DNA of 64,000 nucleotides, taken from assembly GCA_024682035.1 (NCBI GenBank), contig JAIKZS010000133.1, positions 8,815 through 72,814 of the forward strand, read 5' to 3'. Below the pieces are notes generated by a model. The model made no database searches and was not told where the DNA came from. It saw nothing but the letters and a program-made list of their open reading frames with translations. Made by a program: the position numbers and the translations under genes. Positions 10,236-21,515 of the stretch are shown in pieces; within the stretch, counting starts at the first letter, position 1, and each line of letters starts with the position of its first letter. Source of the DNA: Bacteroidaceae bacterium (GTDB lineage Bacteria > Bacteroidota > Bacteroidia > Bacteroidales > Bacteroidaceae).

Positions 10236-11498
10236 ATGGCTAAGAAAGCAGAAACAGTGAGCATGATTGAAACCTTTAAAGATTTCAAAGACTCACAAAG
10301 CATTGACCGCACCACATTGGTGAGCGTAATGGAGGAAAGTTTCCGCAGCGTAATCGCTAAGATATTCGGCTCGGACGAGAACTATGACGTGATTGTAAAT
10401 CCTGACAAAGGTGACTTAGAAATAAGAAGAAACCGTGAGGTGGTACCTGATGGTGAAGTATCTGATCCGAACCTTCAAATATCACTCTCGGAAGCACGTA
10501 AGATTGACGAGGATTATGAAGTGGGAGAAGAAGTGACCGACGAAGTGGATTTTAGCAAATTTGGACGTCGCGCAATCTTGAATCTTCGCCAAACACTGAG
10601 CAGCAAGATTCTTGAACTGCAGAAAGATGCAATTTATAACCGTTATTCCGATAAGGTAGGTACTATTATCAGTGCAGAAGTTTATCAGATTTGGAAAAAA
10701 GAAATGTTATTACTTGACGAAGAGGGTAACGAATTGCTTTTACCAAAGACAGAACAAATTCCTACCGATTTCTATCGTAAGGGTGAAACAGCAAGAGCCG
10801 TTGTAGCACGTGTAGAAAACAAGAACAATAATCCTAAGATCATATTGAGCCGTACTAGTCCGGTTTTCTTACAGAGATTATTTGAGATTGAAGTGCCAGA
10901 AATTAATGATGGTCTTATCACCATACGTAAAATTGCTCGTATCCCTGGTGAAAGAGCTAAAATTGCTGTGGAAAGTTATGATGACCGCATTGACCCAGTA
11001 GGAGCTTGTGTAGGTGTGAAGGGTAGCCGTATTCATGGCATCGTCCGCGAATTGAGAAATGAAAATATCGACGTTATCAACTACACCTCTAACACCTCAT
11101 TATTCATTCAGCGTGCTTTAAGTCCAGCACACGTGAGCAGCATCAAGCTCAACGAAGAAGAACGCAAGGCTGAAGTATATCTAAAACCTGATGAGGTGAG
11201 CCTGGCAATTGGTAAAGGTGGTATGAACATTAAATTGGCTTGCATGCTGACTGACTATACTATTGACGTATTCCGTGAATTGGACGTTGAGGGCGTAGAA
11301 GATGAAGATATCTATCTGGATGAATTCCGTGATGAGATTGACGATTGGGTAATCGACGCATTCAAAAGTATAGGCATTGAAACTGCAAAAACTGCGCTGA
11401 ATGCTCCTCGTGAAATGATTATCAAGAAAACTGATCTCGAGGAAGAAACAGTGGACTATGTACTTGATATTCTTCGTAAAGAATTTGAAGAAGAGTAA
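10236..11498 (+). CDS. nusA: Transcription termination/antitermination factor NusA
   Basis: IARIPGERAKIAV, DPVGACVGVKGSRI and LAIGKGGMNIKLA motifs (S1 and KH domains). Confidence 0.97.
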   Translation: MAKKAETVSMIETFKDFKDSQSIDRTTLVSVMEESFRSVIAKIFGSDENYDVIVNPDKGDLEIRRNREVVPDGEVSDPNLQISLSEARKIDEDYEVGEEVTDEVDFSKFGRRAILNLRQTLSSKILELQKDAIYNRYSDKVGTIISAEVYQIWKKEMLLLDEEGNELLLPKTEQIPTDFYRKGETARAVVARVENKNNNPKIILSRTSPVFLQRLFEIEVPEINDGLITIRKIARIPGERAKIAVESYDDRIDPVGACVGVKGSRIHGIVRELRNENIDVINYTSNTSLFIQRALSPAHVSSIKLNEEERKAEVYLKPDEVSLAIGKGGMNIKLACMLTDYTIDVFRELDVEGVEDEDIYLDEFRDEIDDWVIDAFKSIGIETAKTALNAPREMIIKKTDLEEETVDYVLDILRKEFEEE

Positions 11499-11613
11499 TT
11501 ATCGATAATTGAGAATTTTATATTAACTGGAACATTGGTTTGAGCTTGCATTTATTCGAAAAGAATAAGCTTCTATAAGCAAAATGGCCAATGGTCAATA
11601 AAAGGAATAAAGA

Positions 11614-14600
11614 GTGGCTGTAAGATTAAACAAAGTAACAAGAGATTTGAATGTGGGCATTAGCACTGCCGTTGAATTCCTAAGGAAAAAGGGGTACGAG
11701 GTGGAGGAAAATCCAAATGCCAAGATTACCGATGAGCAATTTGATTTGCTTAAACAGGAATTCAGCACCGATAAGGCACTTAAGGCAAAGTCTGATCAGT
11801 TCATTCTCGGAAGGAAAGAAAAGGATAAGGATAAGGCAAAACCAGCAGTGGCCATTAAAGGCTATGAGCCTGCTCCAGAAAAGGAAAAGCAGAAATATAA
11901 ACCTATTGGCAAGATTGATCTTGAGAAGTTGAATAAACCTGCAAAACCTGCTGAAGTTAAGCCAAGCCCAGCTGAGGTTAAGTCAAGCCCAGCTGAAGTT
12001 AAGCCAAAACCTGCTGAAGTTAAGCCTAAGCCTGCCCCAGTAGAAGTTGAAGAAAAGCTAGAAAAAGAAATAAGCAAACCTAAAGCTGAGCAAGCTAGCA
12101 CTATTTCTAAACAGGCAGAACCTGTTGAGCAACCTGTAGAGGTACAACCTTCTGCTACGCCAGAGACACCTGTTGTTGAAAAGCGGGAAGCCAAGGTACC
12201 AGAAATAGAAATTTCTGAAAACGACACCCCGAAGTCTGTCCCTACTGATAAAGCAGAAAAGCCTGCTGTCGCTACTAACCCTAAAACAATTAGCGAGGAT
12301 GAACCTGAAAATGATGGCATTTTCCGTCTGAACACCGATGTGAAAGTAAGTAAGATAAATGTGGTAGGGCATGTAGATTTAGACCAGTTGAACACCTCTA
12401 CTCGCCCAAAGAAGAAAAGTAAAGAAGAACGGAAAAAAGAACGTGACGAGCGGGAAAAGCAGCGCCAAACTCAGCGTCGCCAAATGAAGGAAGATATCAT
12501 GAAGGAAATTCGTGGTAACGAAGTTGATGGCACTGAAAGCAATGCATCTGAAAACAAACAGGAAGGCAAAAAGAAACGCGTTCGCATTGGTAAGGAGAAA
12601 GTAGATATCAAAAAGGCTGCTCGAGAAGGCGATTTCAAACGGCGTCGTGACGAGCAACAGGGTGAACGTAATGATAATGGAAAATCTAAGAAAGGCAAAG
12701 ACCGTTTCCGCAAGCCAGTATTCAAGCAGGAAGTAAGTGATGAGGACGTTACAAAGCAGGTAAAAGAGACACTGGCTCGCCTCACCAACAAGACCAAGAG
12801 CAAGGGTGCCAAATACCGTAAGGAAAAACGTGAATTGGCATCTGAACGCTTAATGGAGCAGGAAAACATGGAGATGGCTGAGAGCAAGATATTGAAGCTC
12901 ACAGAATTTGTTACTGCTAATGAGTTAGCCAACATGATGAATGTGCAGGTAACACAGGTCATTGCTACTTGCATGAGCGTTGGTATTATGGTAAGTATAA
13001 ATCAACGTCTGGATGCTGAAACCATTAATTTAGTAGCTGAAGAGTTTGGATATAAAACTGAATATGTAAGTGCTGAGGTTTCACAGGCTGTGGTAGAAGA
13101 AGAGGATGATGCTGAAGACCTGATGCCACGCGCCCCAATTGTAACCGTGATGGGTCATGTTGACCACGGTAAGACTTCATTACTTGATTATATACGCAAA
13201 AGTAATGTCATTGCCGGCGAGGCTGGTGGTATTACTCAGCATATTGGTGCATACAATGTGACAATGGAAGACGGTAGAAAGATTACTTTCCTTGATACAC
13301 CAGGTCACGAGGCATTTACCGCCATGCGTGCACGTGGAGCCAAGGTAACTGATATTGCTATCATCATTGTAGCTGCAGACGATAGTGTGATGCCTCAAAC
13401 TCGTGAGGCTATTAACCACGCAGTGGCAGCTGGTGTGCCTATTGTGTTTGCTATCAATAAGATTGATAAACCTGGTGCTAACCCTGACAAGATAAAAGAA
13501 GAACTTGCTGCCATGAATTTCCTTGTGGAAGAATGGGGTGGTAAGTACCAAAGCCAAGATATTAGTGCCAAGAAAGGTATTGGTGTTGAGGAACTGATGG
13601 AGAAAGTATTGCTTGAAGCTGAACTTCTTGAGTTGAAAGCTAATCCGAACCGTAAAGCTACTGGTTCTATCATTGAGTCATCACTCGATAAAGGCCGTGG
13701 ATATATTGCTACGGTGCTGGTAAGCAACGGTACACTAAAAATTGGCGACATTGTACTTGCAGGTTCTAACTTCGGACGCGTAAAAGCCATGTTCAATGAA
13801 CGTAACCAGAGAATTGACAAAGCATTACCTGCTGAGCCAGCTTTGATTTTAGGCTTGAATGGTGCTCCAGCTGCTGGTGACACTTTCCACGTGTTTGACA
13901 CTGATCAGGAAGCTCGTGAAATCGCTAACAAGCGTGAACAGCTGCAACGCGAACAGGGTCTGCGCACTCAGAAGATGCTGACGCTCGATGAAGTGGGACG
14001 TAGATTGGCATTAGGAGATTTCCACGAATTAAACATCATCGTAAAGGGCGATGTGGATGGCTCAGTAGAAGCTTTGAGCGATTCACTTATCAAGCTCTCA
14101 ACCGACAAGATTCAAGTGAATGTAATTCACCAAGGTGTAGGTCAGATTTCAGAATCAGACGTTTCTTTGGCAGCTGCATCTGATGCCATTATCGTTGGAT
14201 TCCAAGTACGACCTTCAGCTGGCGCAAGTAAACTGGCTGAACAAGAAGGTGTTGACATCCGCAAGTATTCTATTATCTACGATGCTATTGAAGAAGTGAA
14301 AGCAGCTATGGAAGGTATGCTGGCTCCTACACTGAAAGAGCAAGTTACCTCTACTATTGAAGTGCGTGAAGTATTCAATATTAGCAAAGTAGGTATGGTT
14401 GCTGGTGCTATGGTGAAGACAGGTAAAGTAAAACGCAGTGATAAGGCACGCCTCATCCGCGACGGTATTGTAATTTATACTGGCAACATCAATGCACTGA
14501 AGCGTTTCAAGGATGATGTGAAGGAAGTACTCACTAATTTTGAATGCGGTATTAGTCTGACTAACTGCAACGACATCAAGGTAAACGATATAATCGAAAC

Positions 14601-14634
14601 CTTCGAAGAAATTGAAATTAAGCAGACATTATAA
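11614..14634 (+). CDS. infB: Translation initiation factor IF-2
   Basis: [16 protein letters not shown] and NKID GTPase motifs; GTG start; follows nusA. Confidence 0.98.
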   Translation: MAVRLNKVTRDLNVGISTAVEFLRKKGYEVEENPNAKITDEQFDLLKQEFSTDKALKAKSDQFILGRKEKDKDKAKPAVAIKGYEPAPEKEKQKYKPIGKIDLEKLNKPAKPAEVKPSPAEVKSSPAEVKPKPAEVKPKPAPVEVEEKLEKEISKPKAEQASTISKQAEPVEQPVEVQPSATPETPVVEKREAKVPEIEISENDTPKSVPTDKAEKPAVATNPKTISEDEPENDGIFRLNTDVKVSKINVVGHVDLDQLNTSTRPKKKSKEERKKERDEREKQRQTQRRQMKEDIMKEIRGNEVDGTESNASENKQEGKKKRVRIGKEKVDIKKAAREGDFKRRRDEQQGERNDNGKSKKGKDRFRKPVFKQEVSDEDVTKQVKETLARLTNKTKSKGAKYRKEKRELASERLMEQENMEMAESKILKLTEFVTANELANMMNVQVTQVIATCMSVGIMVSINQRLDAETINLVAEEFGYKTEYVSAEVSQAVVEEEDDAEDLMPRAPIVTVMGHVDHGKTSLLDYIRKSNVIAGEAGGITQHIGAYNVTMEDGRKITFLDTPGHEAFTAMRARGAKVTDIAIIIVAADDSVMPQTREAINHAVAAGVPIVFAINKIDKPGANPDKIKEELAAMNFLVEEWGGKYQSQDISAKKGIGVEELMEKVLLEAELLELKANPNRKATGSIIESSLDKGRGYIATVLVSNGTLKIGDIVLAGSNFGRVKAMFNERNQRIDKALPAEPALILGLNGAPAAGDTFHVFDTDQEAREIANKREQLQREQGLRTQKMLTLDEVGRRLALGDFHELNIIVKGDVDGSVEALSDSLIKLSTDKIQVNVIHQGVGQISESDVSLAAASDAIIVGFQVRPSAGASKLAEQEGVDIRKYSIIYDAIEEVKAAMEGMLAPTLKEQVTSTIEVREVFNISKVGMVAGAMVKTGKVKRSDKARLIRDGIVIYTGNINALKRFKDDVKEVLTNFECGISLTNCNDIKVNDIIETFEEIEIKQTL
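11948..12031 (+). repeat. 21-bp coding tandem repeat (about 4 copies, PAEVK(P/S)(S/K)) in the IF-2 N-terminal linker
   Basis: cctgctgaagttaagccaagc / ccagctgaggttaagtcaagc / ccagctgaagttaagccaaaa / cctgctgaagttaagcctaag. Confidence 0.85.
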
Positions 14635-14653
14635 GTATTGTTAATTGATTTTT

Positions 14654-15184
14654 ATGCAATTAATTGATATCATTATATTTATTATAGTGCTGGCCGGTAT
14701 AGTAGTAGGATTCCGCAAAGGTTTCATCAAACAACTGGCATCGTTAGTAGGCCTCATCGTAGGTCTGCTAGCGGCTAAAGCACTGTATGGTGTGGTAGGT
14801 GATCAACTTCTGGGAACCGTCACTTCCAACTCTACCTTTGCACACACATTGGCTTTTGTACTTATATGGGTAGTTGTGCCTATTGTGTTTACATTGGTGG
14901 CTTCACTGCTTACAAAAGCTTTGGAGATAATCTCCTTGGGATGGCTCAATAGTTTGTTAGGTGCTGCTTTTGGCGCCATAAAGTGGTTGCTATTCATCAG
15001 TTTAGCTATTTGCCTACTGGAATATATTGATTCAGACAGCAAAATCATCGATAAAGAAACTAAAAAATCTTCTGCCTTGTATTATCAGGTGAGACAACTC
15101 GCAGGTATGTTTATGCCTACTGTAACAGATTTTGCAGAAGATATACTCAAGACTGAGGATGGAACAAAAGGACAGGAAATATAA
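14654..15184 (+). CDS. cvpA: CvpA (colicin V production) family membrane protein
   Basis: IDIII...[10 protein letters not shown] start, four TM helices and [13 protein letters not shown] 14654 is preferred over TTG 14645. Confidence 0.85.
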   Translation: MQLIDIIIFIIVLAGIVVGFRKGFIKQLASLVGLIVGLLAAKALYGVVGDQLLGTVTSNSTFAHTLAFVLIWVVVPIVFTLVASLLTKALEIISLGWLNSLLGAAFGAIKWLLFISLAICLLEYIDSDSKIIDKETKKSSALYYQVRQLAGMFMPTVTDFAEDILKTEDGTKGQEI

Positions 15185-16622
15185 TGGAAATGATTTTATA
15201 CGCCAAGTGGCTGAAGAAAAATACAAATATGGCTTCACCACTGACGTGCATACAGAAGTTATTGACCAAGGCCTTAATGAAGATGTGGTGCGTCTGATAT
15301 CTGAAAAGAAAGGCGAACCAGCATGGCTACTCGATTTCCGCTTGAAAGCTTATCGCCATTGGGTGAAGCAAACTATGCCCACTTGGGCACATTTGCGCAT
15401 ACCTGAAATAGACTATCAAGCTATATCATACTATGCAGATCCTACAAAGAAACGCAAGGACGAGGGAAAAAAGGAAATCGATCCAGAGTTGATGAAAACT
15501 TTCGATAAATTAGGTATTCCTTTGGAGGAACGCATGATGCTAAGTGGGTTGGCTGTTGATGCTGTAATGGACTCGGTATCAGTCAAGACCACCTTCAAGG
15601 AACAACTTATGGAGAAAGGCATTATCTTCAGTTCTATTAGTGAAGCAGTGAAAGAACATCCCGACTTGGTACAACGGTACTTAGGCTCGGTCGTGCCCTA
15701 TACAGATAACTTTTTTGCTGCCTTGAACTCAGCAGTATTCAGCGACGGTTCGTTTGTTTATATTCCCAAGGGTATAAGATGCCCGATGGAACTATCAACC
15801 TACTTCCGTATAAACGCGAGAAATACAGGACAGTTTGAGCGTACATTGATTATCGCTGATGACGATGCTTACGTTTCATACTTGGAAGGATGTACAGCCC
15901 CCATGCGTGATGAGAACCAGCTCCACGCTGCCATCGTAGAAATTGTAGTACATGAAAGAGCAGAGGTGAAATATAGCACGGTACAAAATTGGTATCCTGG
16001 TGATGCAGAAGGCAAGGGTGGTGTTTATAACTTTGTGACTAAACGCGGACATCTACGTGGTAACGACAGTAAATTGTCGTGGACACAAGTGGAAACCGGT
16101 TCAGCTATTACATGGAAATATCCATCATGCATACTACAAGGCGATAATTCAACAGCAGAATTTTATAGCGTAGCTATAACAAACAACTATCAACAAGCCG
16201 ATACGGGTACAAAGATGATTCACTTAGGAAAAAACACCCGAAGTACCATTGTGAGTAAAGGTATTTCAGCAGGCAAGAGTGAAAATTCCTATCGGGGTTT
16301 GGTGCGTGTGGCTGCAAAGGCGGAAAATGCGAGAAATTATAGCCAATGCGACTCCTTATTGTTAGGCGACAAATGTGGTGCTCATACTTTCCCTTATATG
16401 GACATACATAATGAAACGGCCATTGTGGAACACGAAGCTACCACCAGCAAAATCAATGAAGAGCAGATTTTCTATTGCAACCAGCGAGGAATCTCTACTG
16501 AAGATGCAGTGGGTCTTATTGTGAATGGCTATGCTAAAGAGGTTCTTAACAAATTACCAATGGAATTTGCCGTTGAAGCTCAAAAACTCCTCAGCGTTTC
16601 ATTAGAAGGAAGCGTAGGATAA
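15159..16622 (+). CDS. sufB: Fe-S cluster assembly scaffold SufB
   Basis: [36 protein letters not shown] and EHEATTSKI motifs; ATG at 15159. Confidence 0.97.
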   Translation: MEQKDRKYNGNDFIRQVAEEKYKYGFTTDVHTEVIDQGLNEDVVRLISEKKGEPAWLLDFRLKAYRHWVKQTMPTWAHLRIPEIDYQAISYYADPTKKRKDEGKKEIDPELMKTFDKLGIPLEERMMLSGLAVDAVMDSVSVKTTFKEQLMEKGIIFSSISEAVKEHPDLVQRYLGSVVPYTDNFFAALNSAVFSDGSFVYIPKGIRCPMELSTYFRINARNTGQFERTLIIADDDAYVSYLEGCTAPMRDENQLHAAIVEIVVHERAEVKYSTVQNWYPGDAEGKGGVYNFVTKRGHLRGNDSKLSWTQVETGSAITWKYPSCILQGDNSTAEFYSVAITNNYQQADTGTKMIHLGKNTRSTIVSKGISAGKSENSYRGLVRVAAKAENARNYSQCDSLLLGDKCGAHTFPYMDIHNETAIVEHEATTSKINEEQIFYCNQRGISTEDAVGLIVNGYAKEVLNKLPMEFAVEAQKLLSVSLEGSVG

Positions 16623-16634
16623 ATAATTATAAAA

Positions 16635-17384
16635 ATGCTAGATATTCGTGATTTACATGCCAGCGTGGCTGGTAAAGAAATATTGAGAGGCATCAACTTG
16701 CAGGTAAAGCCTGGAGAAGTGCATGCCATCATGGGGCCTAACGGCTCGGGAAAGAGCACTCTTTCATCTGTGCTGGTGGGCAATCCTCAATATGAGGTAA
16801 CACAGGGAACTGTTACCTTCAATGGTAAGAACTTGTTGGAGCTTTCTCCTGAAGATCGTAGCCATGAAGGACTATTTTTAAGTTTTCAATATCCTGTAGA
16901 AATACCAGGAGTTAGCATGACGAACTTCATGCGCGCGGCTGTTAATGAGAAACGCAAATATCAAAACCTGCCTGCATTAACTGCCAGTGAGTTTCTTAAG
17001 CTCATGCGCGAGAAGCGTACCATCGTGGAATTAGACAATAAATTGGCTAATCGCTCGGTCAACGAGGGATTTTCTGGCGGTGAGAAAAAACGAAACGAAA
17101 TATTCCAAATGGCTATGCTCGAACCAAAATTGAGCATTCTTGACGAAACAGACTCCGGTCTTGACATCGATGCTTTGCGCATAGTAGCTGAAGGAGTCAA
17201 CAAACTCATGACACCTGAAACGAGCTGCATAGTCATCACTCATTACCAACGTTTACTTGACTTCATCAAGCCTGATATTGTGCATGTCCTTTATAAAGGA
17301 CGCATCGTAAAAACGGCTGGCCCTGAATTGGCGCTTGAACTTGAGAAGCGTGGGTACGATTGGATTAAAGAGATGGAAAACTGA
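16635..17384 (+). CDS. sufC: Fe-S cluster assembly ATPase SufC
   Basis: GPNGSGKST, NEGFSGGEKKR and LDETDSGLDIDAL motifs. Confidence 0.97.
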   Translation: MLDIRDLHASVAGKEILRGINLQVKPGEVHAIMGPNGSGKSTLSSVLVGNPQYEVTQGTVTFNGKNLLELSPEDRSHEGLFLSFQYPVEIPGVSMTNFMRAAVNEKRKYQNLPALTASEFLKLMREKRTIVELDNKLANRSVNEGFSGGEKKRNEIFQMAMLEPKLSILDETDSGLDIDALRIVAEGVNKLMTPETSCIVITHYQRLLDFIKPDIVHVLYKGRIVKTAGPELALELEKRGYDWIKEMEN

Positions 17385-17389
17385 TAAAA

Positions 17390-18193
17390 ATGTTGGGTAT
17401 GGAGATAGTTGTTGCAAAAGACACAAAAGTAGAGAAAAGCTTGCAACTGATTGAAGACCAGCAGCTGCACATTACCATTGAGGACGGAGCTCATTTGGAA
17501 CTGGTACTTGATGGGATTAGCGGTCATGTAGTCACTGAGATTTTTGTAGGCAAAGGAGCCACTTTAGACCTATGTGATTTAGACAAAAGCAGCCCCAATT
17601 CTACTCGTATCCACGATCTTACTATCCGTCAAGATGCCAACAGTCATGTTTTCGCACATAGTATTAGTCTGGCTTCAGGCAATACGACTAACAACACTCA
17701 TGTAAATTTATGCGGAGAAGGAGCAGAACTTCATCTAAATGGTCTGGTGGTTGCCGGTGATTCCCAGCGCATTGAGAACCACACCCTTGTTCAGCATATG
17801 GTGCCACATACTTCCAGTAATCAAATTTATAAATATGTACTGGACGATAAAGCTGTAGGAACCTATGCTGGATTGGTAAAAGTTTTAGAAGGTGCCCATC
17901 ACACAGTATCAGAACAGATAAACCGTAATCTGTGTGCCACACGAGAAGCACGTATGTTTGCGCAACCTCAATTAGAAATTTATAATGATGACGTGCGATG
18001 CAACCATGGCAGCAGCACAGGACAAATGGATGAGAGTGCTCTTTTCTATATGCAGCAACGAGGCATTTCCAAACGCGAAGCACGTTTACTGCTGATGTTT
18101 GCCTTTTTAGGTGAAGTAGTAAATCAAGTACGCATCCCTACCCTGCGTGAACAACTTAACACTTTAGTAGAAAACAGATTCCGTAACGCATAG
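17390..18193 (+). CDS. sufD: Fe-S cluster assembly protein SufD (short form)
   Basis: PQLEIYNDDVRCNHGSSTG and LFYMQQRGI motifs; follows sufC; only 267 aa. Confidence 0.88.
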   Translation: MLGMEIVVAKDTKVEKSLQLIEDQQLHITIEDGAHLELVLDGISGHVVTEIFVGKGATLDLCDLDKSSPNSTRIHDLTIRQDANSHVFAHSISLASGNTTNNTHVNLCGEGAELHLNGLVVAGDSQRIENHTLVQHMVPHTSSNQIYKYVLDDKAVGTYAGLVKVLEGAHHTVSEQINRNLCATREARMFAQPQLEIYNDDVRCNHGSSTGQMDESALFYMQQRGISKREARLLLMFAFLGEVVNQVRIPTLREQLNTLVENRFRNA

Positions 18194-18206
18194 CATTCCA
18201 TACACA

Positions 18207-19454
18207 ATGTACAATGTTCAATCTATAAGGCAAGATTTTCCCATACTTCAAACAGAAGTGTTTGGACATCCACTGATATATTTTGACAATGGGGCCACTA
18301 CGCAAAAACCGCGCCAAGTGGTAGAGGCCATGGTGCAACAATACTATACAGCTAATTCCAATGTACACCGAGGCGTACATCATCTTTCGGTTGTGGCAAC
18401 AGACATGCTGGAGCAAAGCCGTGAAACCGTGCGCCGTTTTATTGATGCAGAAAGTGCACACGAGATTGTGTTTACCCGTGGTACTACCGAGTCCATCAAT
18501 CTGGTGGCCTCTTCTTTCTGTCAACAAGAAATGCAGGCAGGGGATGAAGTAATAGTAAGCTGTATGGAACACCATAGCAACATAGTGCCCTGGCAAATAC
18601 AAGCTCAGCGTAAAGGCATTATCGTCAAGGTGATACCTATGACCAACGATGGAATTTTGCTGATTGACGAGTATAAAAAGTTAATTACCAAGCGGACTAA
18701 GTTGATAAGTGTAGCACACGTTAGCAATGTACTAGGCACCATTAACCCGGTTGCCGAAATAATTCGCATTGCTCACGAACATGGAATACCTGTTCTTATT
18801 GATGGAGCACAGAGCGTACCTCATATGCCCGTTAGTGTGCGTGCACTCGATGCCGATTTTTACTGCTTTTCTGGTCATAAAGTGTATGGCCCAACAGGAA
18901 TAGGTGTACTCTATGGCAAACGTGAGTGGCTAGACCGCTTACCTCCTTATCAAAGTGGTGGTGAGATGATTGGCACAGTAAGTTTTGAACATACTACCTT
19001 CAATGAAATTCCTTTTAAATTCGAGGCAGGTACCCCTAACTATGTAGCAGCTACAGGCTTAGCAAAAGCATTGGAATATGTTGAAAAGATAGGAATGGCA
19101 AACATAGCTGCCTATGAAGCTGAACTTACCCAATATGCTATCACGCAAATGGCTCAAATCGAAAATATGAGAATTTTCGGTCCTATGCCAAATGAACAAT
19201 TGCCAGATTCAAAAGGTATAATAACAAGAGGTAGCGTTATTTCTTTCTTGGTAGGCCAAATTCACCACCTGGACATGGGAACATTGCTCGATCGCCTTGG
19301 TATTGCAGTACGTACAGGGCATCATTGTGCCGAGCCTTTGATGCACCGTTTAGGCATAGAAGGCACCATGCGTGCTTCTTTCGGCCTCTACAATACCCAC
19401 GATGAAGTCGATGTATTCGTGGCTGGAATACGCCGAGTAAGTAAAATGTTTTAA
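18207..19454 (+). CDS. sufS: Cysteine desulfurase SufS
   Basis: YFDNGATTQKP, FSGHK (PLP Lys) and RTGHHCA (catalytic Cys) motifs. Confidence 0.95.
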   Translation: MYNVQSIRQDFPILQTEVFGHPLIYFDNGATTQKPRQVVEAMVQQYYTANSNVHRGVHHLSVVATDMLEQSRETVRRFIDAESAHEIVFTRGTTESINLVASSFCQQEMQAGDEVIVSCMEHHSNIVPWQIQAQRKGIIVKVIPMTNDGILLIDEYKKLITKRTKLISVAHVSNVLGTINPVAEIIRIAHEHGIPVLIDGAQSVPHMPVSVRALDADFYCFSGHKVYGPTGIGVLYGKREWLDRLPPYQSGGEMIGTVSFEHTTFNEIPFKFEAGTPNYVAATGLAKALEYVEKIGMANIAAYEAELTQYAITQMAQIENMRIFGPMPNEQLPDSKGIITRGSVISFLVGQIHHLDMGTLLDRLGIAVRTGHHCAEPLMHRLGIEGTMRASFGLYNTHDEVDVFVAGIRRVSKMF

Positions 19455-19461
19455 TTGAAAA

Positions 19462-19941
19462 TTACTCAGGATATATCCTATTCTCGTCTTTCATGTGAAG
19501 CAAAACCTCTTCAAGAAACTTACGACTTTCCCATTTAGCCATAGGCAAGTCGTGTAGAAGGTAGTTCCCGCAATCCTTAGGAGCAGCACCTGGTACCTCT
19601 CCTTCATAATTGGCTACAAAACGGAAAGTTTCTTGCATCAGCTCTTCAATATCTTTTGCTTCAAGGTCACCTCTCATCAAGAGATAATTACCCGTCAGGC
19701 ATCCCATAGGGCCCCAGTACACAATACGGTCTTTCCACTTGGCATTGTTGCGCAAATAAGTAGCAGCCAAATGCTCAATGGTGTGTATAGCCCCTTGCCC
19801 TAATGCAGGCTCACGATTAGGTTCTTTCATACGGATATCAAAAGTGGTGACCACCTCTCCGCCCACTTTATCTTTGCGAGAAACATAAATCCCTCTTTTC
19901 AACAGCAGATGATTGATGGTAAAACTGGGTATCTTGTCCAT
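19462..19941 (-). CDS. luxS: S-ribosylhomocysteine lyase (AI-2 synthase)
   Basis: SFTINH, HTIEH, GPMGCLTG and CGNY motifs. Confidence 0.96.
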   Translation of the reverse strand: MDKIPSFTINHLLLKRGIYVSRKDKVGGEVVTTFDIRMKEPNREPALGQGAIHTIEHLAATYLRNNAKWKDRIVYWGPMGCLTGNYLLMRGDLEAKDIEELMQETFRFVANYEGEVPGAAPKDCGNYLLHDLPMAKWESRKFLEEVLLHMKDENRIYPE

Positions 19942-19951
19942 GATTACTGAA

Positions 19952-20605
19952 TTATTTTTGTTGTATTATGCTTTCTATAAATGATTTGGTAATAGCAAAA
20001 GAATGCGCTGCCACAGTAGTCCAAAAGTCATGATACTGTGAAGCATTATTATCCCTCAGCGGGATATCGCTAATTACCCTAAATGAGATGAATGGAACTT
20101 TATAAATGTAACAAGTTTGTGCGATGGCACAACTTTCCATATCTACAGCCTTAGCATCTGGAAATTTGTTAATAATCTCACGCATTTTTTCGCGCGAATC
20201 CACAAACCAGTCACCTGTTACAATAAGTCCTGCATGAACTTTAACTCCACAATTTAAGTTCAAAGCCTTACGCAACAGCCAGTCGGTAGCCTCAAAGCGT
20301 GCTGGCATCCCCTGTACCTGTCCATATTGCGTACTATTGTCAATAGCAGTGCCACAATACACATCATGATAAGCTAACTGCGAACTCGCCACTACATCTT
20401 GCACCTGCACCTCATCGCCGTTACCCCCAGCACAACCACTAGACACAATTACATCGGGATGAAACTCCTCAATCAAACGTTGTGTACCCAATGCAGCATT
20501 AACTTTACCAATACCACATTTTTGCACCATTACATCGGTCCCCTCAAACAACTGACGCAGCTGACGCAATTCTTTGTCCATTGCTACAATTACACCTATT
20601 CTCAT
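19952..20605 (-). CDS. mtnN: 5'-methylthioadenosine/S-adenosylhomocysteine nucleosidase (Pfs)
   Basis: IGVIVAMDKE, CGIGKVNAA, AVDMESCAIAQ and RVISD motifs; adjacent to luxS. Confidence 0.93.
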   Translation of the reverse strand: MRIGVIVAMDKELRQLRQLFEGTDVMVQKCGIGKVNAALGTQRLIEEFHPDVIVSSGCAGGNGDEVQVQDVVASSQLAYHDVYCGTAIDNSTQYGQVQGMPARFEATDWLLRKALNLNCGVKVHAGLIVTGDWFVDSREKMREIINKFPDAKAVDMESCAIAQTCYIYKVPFISFRVISDIPLRDNNASQYHDFWTTVAAHSFAITKSFIESIIQQK

Positions 20606-21513
20606 AATTGAAATCCTTTTTGAATAGAGTTACCAGTATTCATACATACCTCTACCGAGAACCTTATTCCATATTCAATCAATTTATCCCATTGCTCCTC
20701 TGTCAATGCTGACAAATCATCATAGCCAATTTCTTGCTGCAGCAAACCATATACCAAACCTGCATTAAAATTATCGCCTGCACCTACTGTACTAACAGGT
20801 TTCAACTGCGGCACTGCATAACTCTTACATATATTAGCGGTGCGTAGCTGTATGTCTTTAGCTCCTGCAGTAAACACAAAATTCTTACAATAAAACCTGA
20901 TCTTGTCTTTATAAATCTTATCAGCATCGCTCAAGTCATATAAGCACATGAAATCTTCTTCAGAGCCACGCACAATATCCGCAAAATCCAAGTTCTCCAA
21001 CAAATAAGGAGCTATTTTTAATACGTCATTTTTGTGTGGACGACGGTAGTTCACATCATACATAACAATAGCCTTATTGTCCTTAGCTTTCTGGAGAAGT
21101 TCCACCACCTTGTGACGCAAAGAAGGATCAACAGCATAGAATGAGCCCAGCATCACTATATCATTCTCGTTCACTTCGGGTAATTCCACTAACAAGCGTT
21201 GATCAGGGTAATTCTTATAAAAAGAATATTGCGCATCATTATTAGCATTGAGAAAAGCCAAAGAAATTGGTGACTTATTTTCTTTGTAAACATCCAAATA
21301 GTTTGTCTGAATGCCATTGTCAAGCATATATTGCTGTATCAATTCACCTACATGGTCACAGCCTACTTCACTAATAAAATCCACCTTCACTCCCATTCGG
21401 GCCAGTGAGATGATACTATTGAATACCGAACCACCAGGCACAGCATTCCAAGGCTGATTATTCTTGAATATGATATCAAGAATAGTCTCGCCAATTCCTA
21501 TTACTTTTCGCAT
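20602..21513 (-). CDS. PfkB/ribokinase-family carbohydrate kinase
   Basis: GIGETILD, PGGS and STVGAGDNFNAG motifs. Confidence 0.9.
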   Translation of the reverse strand: MRKVIGIGETILDIIFKNNQPWNAVPGGSVFNSIISLARMGVKVDFISEVGCDHVGELIQQYMLDNGIQTNYLDVYKENKSPISLAFLNANNDAQYSFYKNYPDQRLLVELPEVNENDIVMLGSFYAVDPSLRHKVVELLQKAKDNKAIVMYDVNYRRPHKNDVLKIAPYLLENLDFADIVRGSEEDFMCLYDLSDADKIYKDKIRFYCKNFVFTAGAKDIQLRTANICKSYAVPQLKPVSTVGAGDNFNAGLVYGLLQQEIGYDDLSALTEEQWDKLIEYGIRFSVEVCMNTGNSIQKGFQL

Positions 21514-21515
21514 AG

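Noticed and set aside
7270-13901. Numerous antisense ORFs within ppdK and infB
   Set aside because: They are expected shadow ORFs opposite codon-biased genes and show no independent signals.
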